Positions 49,031 through 62,660 are shown, counted from the whole stretch's first letter. The stretch: DNA of 62,903 nt, filler included, from Basidiobolus ranarum (GCA_040143965.1; 30 parts of 30 records of this genome joined end to end with filler, not necessarily neighbours in it), one strand, 5' to 3'. Notes: a model not told the origin generated them from the letters alone. Program-made: numbers and translations.

Positions 49031-50437
49031 TTAGGCAGAGTAGTTGTTTTAGGGTGTAACTTGCAACTAAAACTGCAATGTCTTAAGGGCTTTTTGAGGT
49101 GTTCAAAGGGTGCAAAAAGCACAGTTGAATAACTCTGGGATATACTGTAATATTGGCCTCTCTCTTGCCTTTTGGGTCTTTGTGAAATGGAATCAAGCCT
49201 ACAGAAATGTCTGAGGACTGATAGAACACAATGCAATGTCCAGCTTTCTGTTGAATAATATGCTGGCACCTGACAAAAGAATATACAGGCTTCAATGTCC
49301 TTTGAAAATGATCAGATACAAAGGATATATCCAATCAAAAACAACCATTAATGCAGCCAGCAGGGTCTTGAACAAGGATGCAGTGGTATTGACTTATCCA
49401 AGGATAAGAAAAGTTCCTTGCCTATGCACACAAAGCTAGGGAAAAAACATAAAGTATCAGAAATATAACACCTATCTGTCAATACTTCCTTTGAGCTGGT
49501 CGAGTTCTTTCTAGTCACACAGTAGCCTGTAACTGTCTCTAGTAGTCTCTCTTGAGCTTCCTCTTCAAAAGTCTTGCAAGCAGTGATGAAAATATGTGAT
49601 GAACAGAAGAAGTAATTGTTAGTTGAAAACCAGCATGATTTTTATTTGAAAAGATATGGCTCCTATTTATACTTCTCTGATAGTAGCAATGATTACTAAT
49701 GAGAATTTCTGGAAAGTGGCAAAAATTCTATTGGTGGGGATCTGGGGTTGTGATATCATTATAAATCATAAGATTAGGAATCCAACCAATGTTCCAGAAG
49801 GTTGTGGAATAACCCAGAAAGTCATGGAATATTCTGGCATAATCAAGTTTTAATTGATCAAAATTCATGCAATGCTCAAATTTTCAAGAATCTTGCAAAA
49901 TGTTCTGGAAGTTTGTAGAATTTTTTAGAAAATAATGGGGCTGATGTGGGTTAATACTGATATATCTCAAATAATTCATGATCATACCAGTGTAGTGATA
50001 TGATAGGCTAGAAATTATGGGTAAGTCAAATATGGATAATAAGATAGAAATTGAGCAATAATGATATGAGCTCAGAGTGGAAGTAAGTCAACCTGCCAGT
50101 GGTTAGCAATGCTACCCCACTATGGCAGTGATGTCTCATGTATCAGATTCCTGACACCATTTCACAGATCTGTATTTCTTGAATCAGTTGTACTAGCTGA
50201 TATACTGGCAAAAAGGCTTAATTTTGTCATGGCATCAGGTACACCAGTTGGAAGATTGCTAAATTTGGTAGTTTATCAAACACATGGCATCTCTCAACAA
50301 GCCAAAACACCAGTAAATAGAACTCACAGATCTCCAANNNNNNNNNNNNNNNNNNNNNNNNNNNNNNNNNNNNNNNNNNNNTTAATTAATTAANNNNNNN
50401 NNNNNNNNNNNNNNNNNNNNNNNNNNNNNNNNNNNNN

Positions 50438-52432
50438 AGCCAATATATCCCCAACTTGCAGTCAACAGATGTCCTGCCACAAGTAGATGTGTCATTGCTT
50501 GAATAGATTACCCTGTGGCTAAAATAATATTGCTGTGTATCTCCATCTATCTCACCAAGAAGTCTGTCTTGCAGCTTTCCTAAAAATACCGTCAGATTAT
50601 CACACAAGCAAATTAGTCTGATTATAAAGGTACTTACTCTGTGTCCATGGATTGGGCTTTGTTGCTGTTATTATGCTCAAACAATGCAAAAACCCATGAG
50701 CACGTTGAAAAGAGCCCTTTGTTGGCAGGTTAATATACTCTGAAGTCTCCTTAACCCATTGCATTACATCCATCAGTGATTTTGCTGATATATTTTTAAT
50801 CAGATTAGCATATGGTAATACTGACAATTTCACATGGAGCATCATTTCACCGCAGGTGTGTGCCATTGGGTTTCCCAGAATGTATAGCAAGGGCCTATAA
50901 TCTCTAAGCTTTGTGCAAGAAATAGCAGGGAATGTATTGACTACAGGCATAGATTTAGTCTATCTTCTTTAAACCTGTAATAAAGTTTTTCATATCCAAT
51001 TAAAAAATCTTTGCACAGTTACTGTATCTGTCCAAGATTTGCAAATGCGAGTTGATGCTGTAAGAATATTTTAACAGTATGCACAAACATCTCCCAATAT
51101 TGCCAATACTTATGAGGCAGAAATCTTTACAAAATTCCACTTGAATATATACAAATCCATTACTTCCTGTCTTTGCATTTGAATAAACACCCAGAAGAGT
51201 GGATATTGATGGGAGTCCTGGTAAAATATGATATCTTGACGTTTTCAAGCATTTTCCCAATCAATTCAAACTTTGATTCTATCTTGAATGGCTCGTTTAT
51301 ATTGAATTTTCCACTATATAACTGAGTGATTAGTATCAAAATGTTGTTGAATAGTAAGTGCATAGTGCCTAATGGGAAGCTCTGGCTCCTGCTGATCCCC
51401 TTTAGCAATGTAATCATGGGCTTATGGCTAATACCAAGTGTGATGTTACACCGACTATTTGGTGAATTGATATCAGTGATCATGTTGAAATCTGACTGGG
51501 CTCTTGATGGTAAAATCATGAAGCTTAGTGTTATACATGGAAAGTAACAACGCATATGCCTGATAGAGTAAACTTCATTGATTGGACAAAATCTACTGCA
51601 AGATAGTGCATTGTGCCTACAAAAACCTCCAAGCTTACTGATGGCAGGAGTGTCCCCAATACATACAATGATATTAGCTTTAATAAAATATTCACCCAGC
51701 TGAACCCCATTAGATAACCATTCAAATTCCGCAATCAAAGGCTCCAAGAAGCTATCTATAAGTACTGGTGATTTAGGTCCAGATATGAAAGATAGTATCA
51801 AAATATTATGACTCTTGTTCCATTCATAAAGAGGAAGATTTAAGTTGATTAAAATTATTGGCCAGCAAGCCTTTCCAATGGTATTTTTGTCTAGTGAGAA
51901 ACCATCCAGAGCCAATGCAAATGCATGATTGTATATGTTCCCAACAAAACCTTGACTTTCCAGATACTGGTAGTGATATCCATCAAGTATATTGGTAATA
52001 CCATCAGCTTAATGGCAAGCACTTTGGTATTGATCAATGATCTATATTTGGGTGATTTCATCAAAACTTTAAGACAAGGAATCAACAGTATTTAAGCCAA
52101 ATATGAACAATATTTACCTGATTAAGTAATTGCCTATTGTGTACAAACAGTACATGACTTCAGGTTTTTCAGATCACCAGTGAAAGCTAAACAACCATTT
52201 GAACATTAAGGTAATGTAACTACTCAAGGAGTATACGTCATACAATTGATAAGTGTTTCCTACTTGTGCCAGGTCTGTGGCAAGCAACAGTTACCCATCA
52301 ACTGTGGTCAAAGTGTAAGAAAACCAATAAATACTTGGTTGCCAAGATTGGATTGAACTCTCCACTCCTCAATAATCAAAGCTGCTTCCTTTACCATAAG
52401 TGTTATGAGTGGACTAATGTTTGCCAATAACA
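50438..52432 (-). pseudogene. CACTA/EnSpm Tnp2-like transposase, degenerate
   Basis: ALDGF, CWPIILINLNLP, ISGPKSP..IDSFLEPLIAEF, GDTPA..KL.GF..HNA...RFC, MHLLF, later CGE...PYANL. Confidence 0.88.
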
Positions 52433-52532
52433 NNNNNNNNNNNNNNNNNNNNNNNNNNNNNNNNNNNNNNNNNNNNTTAATTAATTAANNNNNNNNNNNN
52501 NNNNNNNNNNNNNNNNNNNNNNNNNNNNNNNN

Positions 52533-53151
52533 CACTACAAGGACTTACAAAAATAGTCAAAGTGCTTGGGGAGTATTTTCAAAAGTATGAAGGGAAAACG
52601 CAATGCAAGTATGCAGAAAGTGGCTTCAGAAGAAGAACATTCAACTTGACATTTGGTCTGGTGTTGACTGTGCACATATCTGGGAAGAACTTAATACAGA
52701 GTGGCATAATATTGCAGGGTATCTGCCAGATAGCTGTAAGAATGTTGATTCAGCAATGTTAATACAATGGTGTGCTTTGATGGAGATATTGATACAAACT
52801 TGTGTTGGGTATGAGCTAAACCTTGGGTATAAAGAACCCTATAACAATATATAGGATAATATATCATAGAGACTAGGGATTTTGTAGGTGACAAATCAGC
52901 ATTGAAGTGGTATTTGTTTAATATTTGAGTTATGTTTTTTGAACATGTTTTGAACCATAGCTCTCTGAGATTGTAGCCAATCATGTGCAACTATTCTGCA
53001 AGATCTTGAAATTTTACCCCTGAAACTGAAAAAATTGATTAAAATCAAATCTAACTTGACAATTTTATGATGTTAATTAAACAGTCAATCTCAAATGGAT
53101 TAAAATTGCGATGGTTTTCCTACAATAACAATCCTCAAATTTCTGTTAAGG
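52533..53151 (-). mobile_element. CACTA-like left arm
   Basis: Ends TTCTGTTAAGG (decayed TIR); homologous to 38952-39487. Confidence 0.83.
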
Positions 53152-53165
53152 TTTTGGGTAAACTC

Positions 53166-53510
53166 TGTTAAAGTACTTGGCAGCCAGTTAGAATTGGTTT
53201 GGAGAATTAGTGGAATTGGAGGTTTTCACTTATAGATTTATTGAGAGAAAGTGACATATATAGTTTTGTCAAGATGTAAACAATCTAATGTGTAGAATGT
53301 GCTAAGGAAGGTCCCAGGAACATGTGTGCAAAGTTTGGGGCTTCTAGCACAAGTTTGAAAATCTATATATCTGAGAACTTCTGAGTAGGTAAAAATATTA
53401 TAAGAAAATTCTGATTGAGAATAATGGATATTAACTTAGTGAAATATAAGATAACTAAGCACTAAGCTATATATGCTTATATAGGTGCTTAAGCAATGCT
53501 AATTTCAACA
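53166..53510 (-). mobile_element. 3' LTR family B with PPT AGCTGAGGGAGAG (53511-53523)
   Basis: Follows minus-strand RNase H; matches 38043-38374. Confidence 0.88.
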
Positions 53511-53529
53511 CTCTCCCTCAGCTAAATAG

Positions 53530-54527
53530 TCATATGCACTAATCTAACAAAGGTCTAAATTTCTTAAATTTCCATCTAGCTAATGGTCTGGTTTATATAA
53601 CAGCAATCCTATCTTCTGTAGAACAATAAGTTAAGTCACTAAACTTATTCTCTATAATATCTCTAATGAAGTGATGCGCAATATGTACATACTTGCTTCT
53701 ATTATGGAACATGGAACTTTTAGCTTATTTAATTTAACTTTGATTATCTTGAAATATTGTGATTGGTGATATTTGACAATATTGTAAATCTGTTAAGAGT
53801 CTCCTTAACCATACTGCTTCTTTTGTTGCAGCACAAGCAGCCATAAATTCTGCTTCTGTTTTTGGAAGTGCTATGGTAGGTTGCTTCTTTGAATTCCAAG
53901 AAGTAGCTCTGTTACAACAAAAAAATATATATCCTGTAGTATATCTCCTGTCTTAAATATCTCTTCCCCAATTTGCATCTGAATATCCCATCAGATCAAA
54001 GTTATTAAGAATATGTGTATTTCCAGCACAGATTTAGAGTACATTTGAAATATCTGAATATTTGCTTAACTGCTATGATTAGTTCATATCCATAATTTTA
54101 AAGAAATTGGCACATAACTCCCACCAAATATGCAAGATCTGGCCATGTTTCAATCATAATATACCTCAAACTAACAACCATAGATTGATAAGGAAATTTC
54201 TAGCTTTTATTTGAATCAAGAATGTCTGATTTGAGCTCTTCTTGGACAAGTTCAGATTTGTCTCCATTAGGGTTGATAATAGATTACCTTCTTCCATTTT
54301 AAACTTCTTTGCTATATCTAGGATAGACTTAGACTGGTTTAAATTATTGTTTTGGTAGTTCTATCTATAATAATTTGAATTCCAATATGGTACATCAGTT
54401 CACCAAGATCACTCATTTTCAATTTGGCAGCTAAGCCGGCTTAGGTTTTCTCCAAAGTCTTCAAGTCACTGGTTACTATATTAAGGTTATCCACATATAA
54501 GGCTAATAAAACTGGGTATGTCTTATC
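53530..54527 (-). pseudogene. Ty1/copia RT-RNase H, degenerate
   Basis: Minus-strand LYVD, GYSDANW, WNSKKQPTIAL..TEAEFMA, FQDNQS, HHFIRD. Confidence 0.9.
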
Positions 54528-56443
54528 NNNNNNNNNNNNNNNNNNNNNNNNNNNNNNNNNNNNNNNNNNNNTTAATTAATTAANNNNNNNNNNNNNNNNN
54601 NNNNNNNNNNNNNNNNNNNNNNNNNNNGTAGTTTTTGATTGGATTGGTCAGCCAACTCCAAAGGACTACTGATAATCCGATGATAATGATGATTTCGATC
54701 ATAGAGAAGTTGAAACGGAACTAAGTAATTGTTAATTGCTGAATTCAATACTCAATCATTGGTTTATATACAATTGTTACTAAATGCCGAGCAACTTTAA
54801 GCGGGCTACCTGACATTTTGTATCATTCATCTTACATGTCAATTGGTGATAGACTCCACTTTGACAGCACTTACTCCGCCTTCATAAGATACTCCGCTTC
54901 GATGACTTATTCCGCTCTACTTATCTAACCAACCAGTGAGCTCTGCTGTATCACCGAGGGCTATGTTCACTTAATTTACCTGCAAATCTCATCAGATACC
55001 GGTCTGTGTTCTTCTTTGATTGGCTATGGCTTTTGTTACCTGGCTTAGATACAAGTATTCCTACTGCCAAGCATTAAGCTGCAAGAGAAACGTAATGATG
55101 TTGTTCGCTCATCTTCAATCACATGATCTAGATGTTATAAGGTACACTAGCGCTCATAACTGATTCACTTTTTTCGCATGGATTTTCCAAATGACAATAA
55201 CTCTGCATTCACTTCCTGATTCAATTTGATATTTGTCACATAGCCTAAGCGAAGCCCAAATAACAATCTTTGATAGTATGATGGTGATTTCACTATTCTT
55301 GGTATTACGCACATTAATGCTCATCACAGTTAGAAAATCAGTTTTAAGCTCAACATATTTTTTGCGCATGGTTATATTTTCAAGTGTTATGTTACATTGG
55401 ACCCAAATTATTGACATCATGATTTTTCTGTTAACTTTGTATGTTTCATAGAAATATTGTTGGTGAGCATCAATCGAATGGTTAGGAGTAGGCTGTAACA
55501 GGGCTTGACTAACCCTAAGCTATCTCAACCACTGCGGGAACGTTTTTTAAAATGGAATTTTTATTCTACATCTAATAAACACTTGTCAAAGTATCATTCA
55601 CTTATCATATATGTTCCTTTGGTGTTAAGTTTCCCTACATTAAGAGAGAGTTACAAATAATATTACAATCAAACAACATTGGTTATACTCTAGTGCTGAT
55701 TTGATTTCCCATTTTCATTTGGGTGTTTACATCATCACATGGGACTATGGATAAAGGATATTCACGATAGAAGTTCTGGGATTAAGGTCAGATTCTACCA
55801 ATGAGTGTGTATTATTGTTTTGTCTCTGCCACCAAATCATGTATTCAATTATTACAAAAACTAAAGGTTTAGGACAAGTGTAAATCTACGGGGAATCTAA
55901 TGGCAATTTACTAGTCGTGTCTTATCCTAGTGCTTGTGGCATCGAATATATATTCTATAAGCAACGAAACATGAATTCAATAAAGGTTACACTCATGTTC
56001 TGCTTCTCAGATTCACCTTCTGCAGAGCCTCAGATAAGTTAGTTACACCTCAGATCTAAACTAGATATCTGTATTGTCAAATCAATCTATATGATACTAC
56101 ATCATTGGTGCTTAGATGTGCTATTTGGTAGTCTCAGCGGAATCAACAATAACTGGATAATAGAAGAGAGATTCCCAGACTGGTTGACTTTTGTAGTAAA
56201 AGCTAGAGATTACTTTTATGTAGAAGTTGAGATGTTAATTACAGAAGCTTCAATATTGTGAACCACATTGATACTAATCAATGAGCTAGATGAACACCGA
56301 GGGCAAAGCTGGTAGAATAAAAGATAATGCTCGAATAGATGCAAACTCGTAAACATTAATCAAAGGTATACAGGTTCATAGTAAAATAGCACTAGAATAC
56401 AAGTCACTTTATTGAACATGTCAGATAGTGTTGGGTGTGATCT

Positions 56444-56620
56444 TCAACTATTACGTTCACGCATTTCTACAAACATTCCGTATCTCATTGGTGAAGTGAG
56501 AGAGGTTTCCCTTTGAATGGTTTGTCCAGGCACCAACTTCATATCGAAGTCATCCATGATACGAACTAGCGTGATCACTCCTTCAAGAATGGCCAAATTC
56601 ATCCCTAGACAAATTCTGTA
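56444..56620 (-). CDS. Cytochrome P450, C-terminal end only
   Basis: YRICLGMNLAILE (heme Cys), then FDMKLVPGQ...SLTSPMRYGMFVEMRERNS and a stop. Confidence 0.85.
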   Translation of the reverse strand, partial: YRICLGMNLAILEGVITLVRIMDDFDMKLVPGQTIQRETSLTSPMRYGMFVEMRERNS

Positions 56621-56721
56621 TNNNNNNNNNNNNNNNNNNNNNNNNNNNNNNNNNNNNNNNNNNNNTTAATTAATTAANNNNNNNNNNNNNNNNNNNNNNN
56701 NNNNNNNNNNNNNNNNNNNNN

Positions 56722-57620
56722 ATAGATCCTGACTGATGAAGACTGAATTTCAGCCCTTCCAAGGTGGCCTTGCATGCAGATATTAAATTATGGGAATATA
56801 TGAAACATGTAGTAAATCCTTAAGAGTATACACTTTCTCTTCAGAAGTACAAGTTAAATTGACTTGAATTGCTCCCATTCCAATGGCATCCAATATATGA
56901 TTATCTCCCATGAAATCCTTTCTAATTGGGATTTCTTCAAAATTCACACACCAATGTTTTTCATTGGTGGAATGTTGGGAAGGTCCAGAATCAATATGCC
57001 ATATCAGGGAGTCCTTGTTGATAGTCATACATTGAGTTGATATGAACAAGTGACTTTCTGTAGTAACCACTTTTCCAGATTTAGTATATTTTCTTCTTTT
57101 GCAATTCTTTTAAAGCTACCTTGGCTTAAATGGCCAGTTCTTTAACAGTAATCATAGAAGATATTACTTTCCTTCTTAAAGTGCTTTTGATTTTTATAGG
57201 ATGGTTTCCCATAGCCTATTAAAGTATTTTCTTGATTCTTTTGATTGGATCCTAATTTGTGTAAATCTTCATCCAGGAGTCTGTCAAATATATAATTTGA
57301 GATCAAATTTTCTGTTCTTCATTCAAGAGCCATTACTAGGCTATGAAACTTGTATAGCAGGCTATTCAGGACTGTAACTATAATATCCCAATCAGTAGAA
57401 GGTACTCCAATGTGTTCCATTTCATCAACTAAAACAGTGACTCAATTAGTCAGTGATTCAATGGTTTCTCTTGGCTTCATCTTTAAGTTAAAGAATTGTC
57501 TTCTTCAAAACATCTTGTTAGTAGCAGAGTATATATGGTAGGTGTCTTCCAAGGCTTTCCATACCTTCTTGGGAGTTTTGGCTTTTGAACCTTAAATTAG
57601 CAATTTGTCTTTAACATATC
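56722..57620 (-). pseudogene. Ty1/copia gag-protease, degenerate
   Basis: Reverse-complement homolog of 27700-28610 (WHIDSG, MGD...LDAIGMG). Confidence 0.9.
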
Positions 57621-58425
57621 ATAACATTTACCAAGTAGATTTAATCAAGCTACCAGAATTAAAATATATGCTTGATTAACTGAGTATCAGTTTATCTGTT
57701 TACATAATTCTTTGTCTCTTTTATTCACAGAACTATTCTCACATCTCATCTATCATAATCATGATCTATCGGTGAATGGGCTAGTCCGGTATTGGAAACT
57801 GCAGCGAATTATGCTCCTCACAAATAGTAAAGCTTGACTCGAGAATGTACCCAAATTGACTTTGTCTTCAATCTTCTTTGATTTGTGGTTAAACTCTGAG
57901 TTACAATGTATCTTCCAATATCTCGCAACAGATGTAGAACAGTGAATTTACTTTGTAAACAGATACTCAGGGCAGTAAAATATACAATACAGAGGAAACG
58001 CCGAAATGAATTGAAAGATACTTACGAATCCTTGGCCTACAAGCAAATTCATTCACCAGTACAGTACAACCATCCTAAATCCTCTATCGGTTGTTCAAGT
58101 GTTATTGATACCAAAGCGGCTACGTACGAAGCGTATTCAACTTGAATGGCCAAGATGCAAACCTCCTCACGCATTGCCTGGCCTAAGCCAAAATTACTCG
58201 GTTAATGGCAATATCAGCGGAATACAAGAATTCTTCACATGTCAATAATGCAATAATCGTATTGAAGTAGATTGGCTTTCTTTATTAAGAAATGGATAGG
58301 GATAAATTTACAGAGAAGCTGGCTGCTTCTACTTTTAGGTTAATGTTACATTGAAACGAGACGGCCTACACTTGAGAAGAAAGCAACAGAAGAGTAGGAT
58401 TGGTTGTTGACTCGTGCCATAGATT

Positions 58426-58714
58426 TCACCACCACACGTAGGTTCCCAAATCATTGGCTAAATTTTGTTTTGTTAACTTGGAGCTGTCCTTGACGCTCTT
58501 GGGTGTATAAACCACGCCGTAACCGAGAAGACCAGCGATGGTGAGCCCTTTTGTGGGGAATTGGAATTTCATGGGAGATACGATGTTGCAAGAAGTTGTT
58601 GTACTAATCCCATATGGCTGAAGAGTCTTTATACCTTTACTGCTTAAGGAGATACCAACTAAAGATTTTGATCCAGCTTTGCAGATGGGAATATTTTTGT
58701 ACATTGCCATGTGA
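58426..58714 (-). CDS. C-terminal part of an unknown protein
   Basis: Frame open from the contig edge to a stop (about 95 codons); CpG retained, unlike the TE DNA; no recognised motif. Confidence 0.4.
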
Positions 58715-58815
58715 ANNNNNNNNNNNNNNNNNNNNNNNNNNNNNNNNNNNNNNNNNNNNTTAATTAATTAANNNNNNNNNNNNNNNNNNNNNNNNNNNNN
58801 NNNNNNNNNNNNNNN

Positions 58816-59482
58816 CATATTCTGCTCTGCTAGATTGTCACAGTGATGTTCATATGCTTGGTGCGGGATTGATTGAAGTCCTGTATGAGAATGGATGGAG
58901 GGAGCAGCATGTTGCTGTAGCTCAAGTATGGCATTCTGAAGGTCTTGTATCATTGATGAGTGGCTCTGTAACTGTTGACTAGTTGCTTCCAAATGCTGCA
59001 TTAATTGCAATATTGCGGCATTGTTACTTGTCATGGCCTGTATGGCAACTTTGTAGTTTTACTTATGATTGCATACAAATCATTATGGTGTTCTGCCTGC
59101 AATTCTCTTGTTGTAATAATTCTATCCAATTTTCTGTGGCGCATTGTTCAATAGTAGGCAAAGTAGCCATTTTGGAAGTTGATGGTCTTGATGGTGTTTT
59201 GGTTGAACTTTGCTCAACTATTGATTTAATAAGTAATTGAGGGATTACAATCTCTTCACTTGCGCAATGGCTGGAAAGGAACGCATCTGGTATATTGATT
59301 AATGCTTCATCATTACTTGAGTTAGTTTCTGGCATGTTGATGCCTTCCAAAGTGGATAGTGGATTGCTAGACTGCTCATCAAATAAGTCACCTGTTCTTG
59401 CTGGTTTTTTTCCTTTTGTGCCAGCAGACTTTGGCTTGGGGGCCAATTTTGACTTAGATTTTGAATGCTTTTTGAATGGCAT
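58816..59482 (-). pseudogene. CACTA-like family accessory ORF, N-terminal part, divergent from the transposase
   Basis: MPFKKHSKSKSK start, also conserved at about 8283; downstream coiled-coil-like segment shared with 22370-22620 and 48380-48620. Confidence 0.65.
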
Positions 59483-59751
59483 TGAGATTTTCAGATGGTA
59501 AACTTGGTGTAATGAGACTGCTTAGAAACCACTTATAATAAACCAAAAGTGCCATCCATTACCGGAAATATCTTGTGATTCCCCTGATGACTCATCTGTG
59601 ACACTGTCTCAGAATCAGCTGATAATATTGATGGGCTATACCTAAGATACCAACCTAATGTAGAAGGTGTTCTTTTTTCCACAATATCCTTCTCATGTGC
59701 AACACAAACATTTAAAGAAGCCATGCTATTATTGTCACAAATTCTTGTGCT

Positions 59752-60809
59752 ATGAAAGCCAGAGGCTTCATAGAAAAAAAGTCACAAGCATGGTCACTGT
59801 ACAAAGCCACCAGCTGCACAAGCCTGGTTAATATTGACAGTAATAAGTGCACAAAATCAACTTTAGTTTTGCCCATTGAGTCCACTGACTGTACTTTGCC
59901 TCAAAGCTTTGGTAACACTGCCAAAAGTCAAGATACCATGGAGTTACCACAGTTATATGACCAGAATGATGGCAACAGAAATGCAACTTTGGCCAAACCA
60001 GTAAGTCCAGACAACTTTGAGGACATGCTGCTAGATGTTGACCTTGGTTATTCCATTACTGATGTAGGTATATCAGAAGTTGAAGAAGAAGACAATGTTT
60101 TGGTTATGGACTCTTTGTCATTGGCAAGCATTAATCCACTCATAAGACTTACAGTAAAGGAAGCAGCTTTGATTATTGAGGAGTGGAGAGTTCAATCCAA
60201 TTTTAGCAACCAGGTGTTTATTGGTTTTCTTACACTTTTACCACAGTTGATTGGCAACTGTTGCTTGCCACAGACCTGGTACAAGTGGAAAACACTTGTC
60301 AATTGTATGACTTATAATCCTTCAGTAATTAAACTGCCTTCATGTCCAAATGGTTGTTTGGCTTTCACCAGTGATCTGAAAAACCTGAAGTCATGTACTG
60401 TTTGCACACAATTGGCAATCACTGAATCAGGTAAATATTGCTCATATTTGGCTTACATATTGTTGATTCCCCATCATAAATTTTTGACGAAATCACCAAA
60501 ATATAGATCATTGATCCAATACCATAGTACTCACCATAAAGCTGATGATATTACCGGTTTACTTGATGGATATTGCTACCAGAATCTGAAAAGTCAAGGT
60601 TTCTTTGACAACATGTATGATCATGCATTTGCATTGGCTCTGGATGGTCTCTCACTAAACAAATATACTGTTGGAAAGGCTTGCTGGCCAATAATTTCAA
60701 TCAACTTAAATCTTCCTCCTTCTGAATGGTATAAGAGTCATAATATTTTGATACTATCCATCATATCTGGACCTAAATCACCAGTGCTTATAGATAGCTT
60801 CTTGGAGCC
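59752..60809 (+). CDS. CACTA/EnSpm Tnp2-like transposase, N-terminal ~350 aa, open to the contig end
   Basis: CPNGCLAF..CTVC, YI.LIP, LALDG, CWPII.INLNLPP, ISGPKSP..IDSFLE. Confidence 0.88.
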
Positions 60810-60910
60810 NNNNNNNNNNNNNNNNNNNNNNNNNNNNNNNNNNNNNNNNNNNNTTAATTAATTAANNNNNNNNNNNNNNNNNNNNNNNNNNNNNNNNNNN
60901 NNNNNNNNNC

Positions 60911-61270
60911 ATCACACCTGGTAACTTGATAGCCTTGCTCGATGGCAGCCAGAACAGCTATGGTACAAATGAGGCTAGCTTTGCGTACTACAACTATAAT
61001 CAGTGCTACAACTTCCAACCCCTCACAGATGTGGAAGTGTTTGTAACCTTTGGACAAAAGGACAATGCCGGACTCTACTGCTACTACAGTAACTGGGATT
61101 GTTACGGTGAGGAGATTTGCATCGAGAATGATGGCACCACACTAATTCCTGTATCAGACGACATCAAGAAAACCGGAATCAGGAGCACTTTGATAAAGAG
61201 ACATCCTAGCAGCACCGATGAACAGTATGGAAACGACATTCCCAAAGATGCTATCTCATGGGTTTATTGA
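60911..61270 (+). CDS. C-terminal part of a secreted Cys-containing protein (joins 62661-62903)
   Basis: Frame open from the contig edge (ITPGNLIALLDG...ISWVY-stop); the first 19 nt equal the last 19 nt of the contig. Confidence 0.8.
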   Translation: MTPGNLIALLDGSQNSYGTNEASFAYYNYNQCYNFQPLTDVEVFVTFGQKDNAGLYCYYSNWDCYGEEICIENDGTTLIPVSDDIKKTGIRSTLIKRHPSSTDEQYGNDIPKDAISWVY

Positions 61271-62660
61271 ACTCACAGATGACAAAGATATTCCCATAAA
61301 AGATTAATGTAAATTAAAATAATTCAATAAACACAAACAATTCAGAAGTAGCTTTTTGCGAGGAAATGATATACAACATACCATCTATACTTTCATATTT
61401 CAGCCTTGATTCATTCCAAGTTGTTGCTCTAAGTATACTATGGTCAGTGTATAGTGCGATACCCATTGTGTTAGACGAAAGCAACAATAAGATTTACACT
61501 CAACCACATATGGATGTATACAATGTGACTCAAAAGGAAACGTGTTTTCGGCCTTCTTTCTTTGCGAATTCCACACTGTCAAGTATTCTTCTATTTTGAT
61601 AGGTAACATTATTATGCAGGTAAGACATATAACTTGCCATCTAAACATACATATTTTAGTTTTGATGTATCTTGAACTGTTTCATTAAGTACACTATGAA
61701 GAGTGAGTACTTTACTGTCTCATATAGTGGATGACATCAGCAATAAGCTAGTTTCAAGACAGAAATAATTATGTGGAGATTTCCCCTCAATCACCTATGG
61801 CTGTATACACTATTACGTAAAAGGAAATATGCTTTCGATATAGTTTCGTTCCGAGTTTCACACTGTTCTATGTTCTTCTATTTCCTGATTCAAACAATGT
61901 CTGCGTTGTTTTAGTGATCGAGTTAGAGTGTGTCGTCTTAGAATTGATTGATGAAGGAGACTTAATGTTTTGTTGCGCACTTTCGTAGTTTAAGTATGGG
62001 GAGGAATAATCGTGAGACAAGGGATAAAATTCCGGTTCATCGATTATCAAGCATGTTGATTGAAAATAAGGAAGTAATTAAAGGCCGTAACATACAGTTC
62101 TATTGTGTATCATTTTGGAGTCAACATTGGGAGGCTGATTGATCTGATAGACTTTGTCAAATTTACCGAATGAGTTTAGGCATTGTTCAAACCGAGATTG
62201 TAGTGGAAATGGGTCCCTTTCCTATTCCCTTTGCTTGGCTTCTAATGGGAATGATTTCGGATATTCTGTATTCCGATACACCATAACGTTCTGTTGTCCT
62301 TAAAAACTCTATATTTTCTAATAAGTGTTCGTCGGTAAAATAGCATGAACCAATAGTATTTGCAGATAGGCTATCACTTACTACACAGTTACGTCATGTT
62401 TACCAATTTTAAGATGCATTTTTGGATCCCGAAAACCAAGTAACCTCATATAGATGAATAGTATTCTGGAAGACTTGCCCCCCGTTCTATTAGGCCACTC
62501 AAACGTCAGTAATATTGTTCTGCTATTCTAAAAAATGATAGCACTGGATGCAAAACTATATTAGTCATATCAGAAGAATGGTATTTCTGGCTCATGTCTA
62601 TATATACCGTATGAAAAGTAAAGACTCATTCAACTCACAGTGATTACTTCTCTGCCAACA

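Noticed and set aside
54870-54920. Three TA(C/T)TCCGC motifs about 20 bp apart
   Set aside because: Too short and too few to support an array or regulatory call.
2008-60909. Regularly spaced TTAATTAATTAA as a CRISPR-like or biological repeat
   Set aside because: Always embedded in N runs at contig joins; it is an artificial six-frame stop linker.
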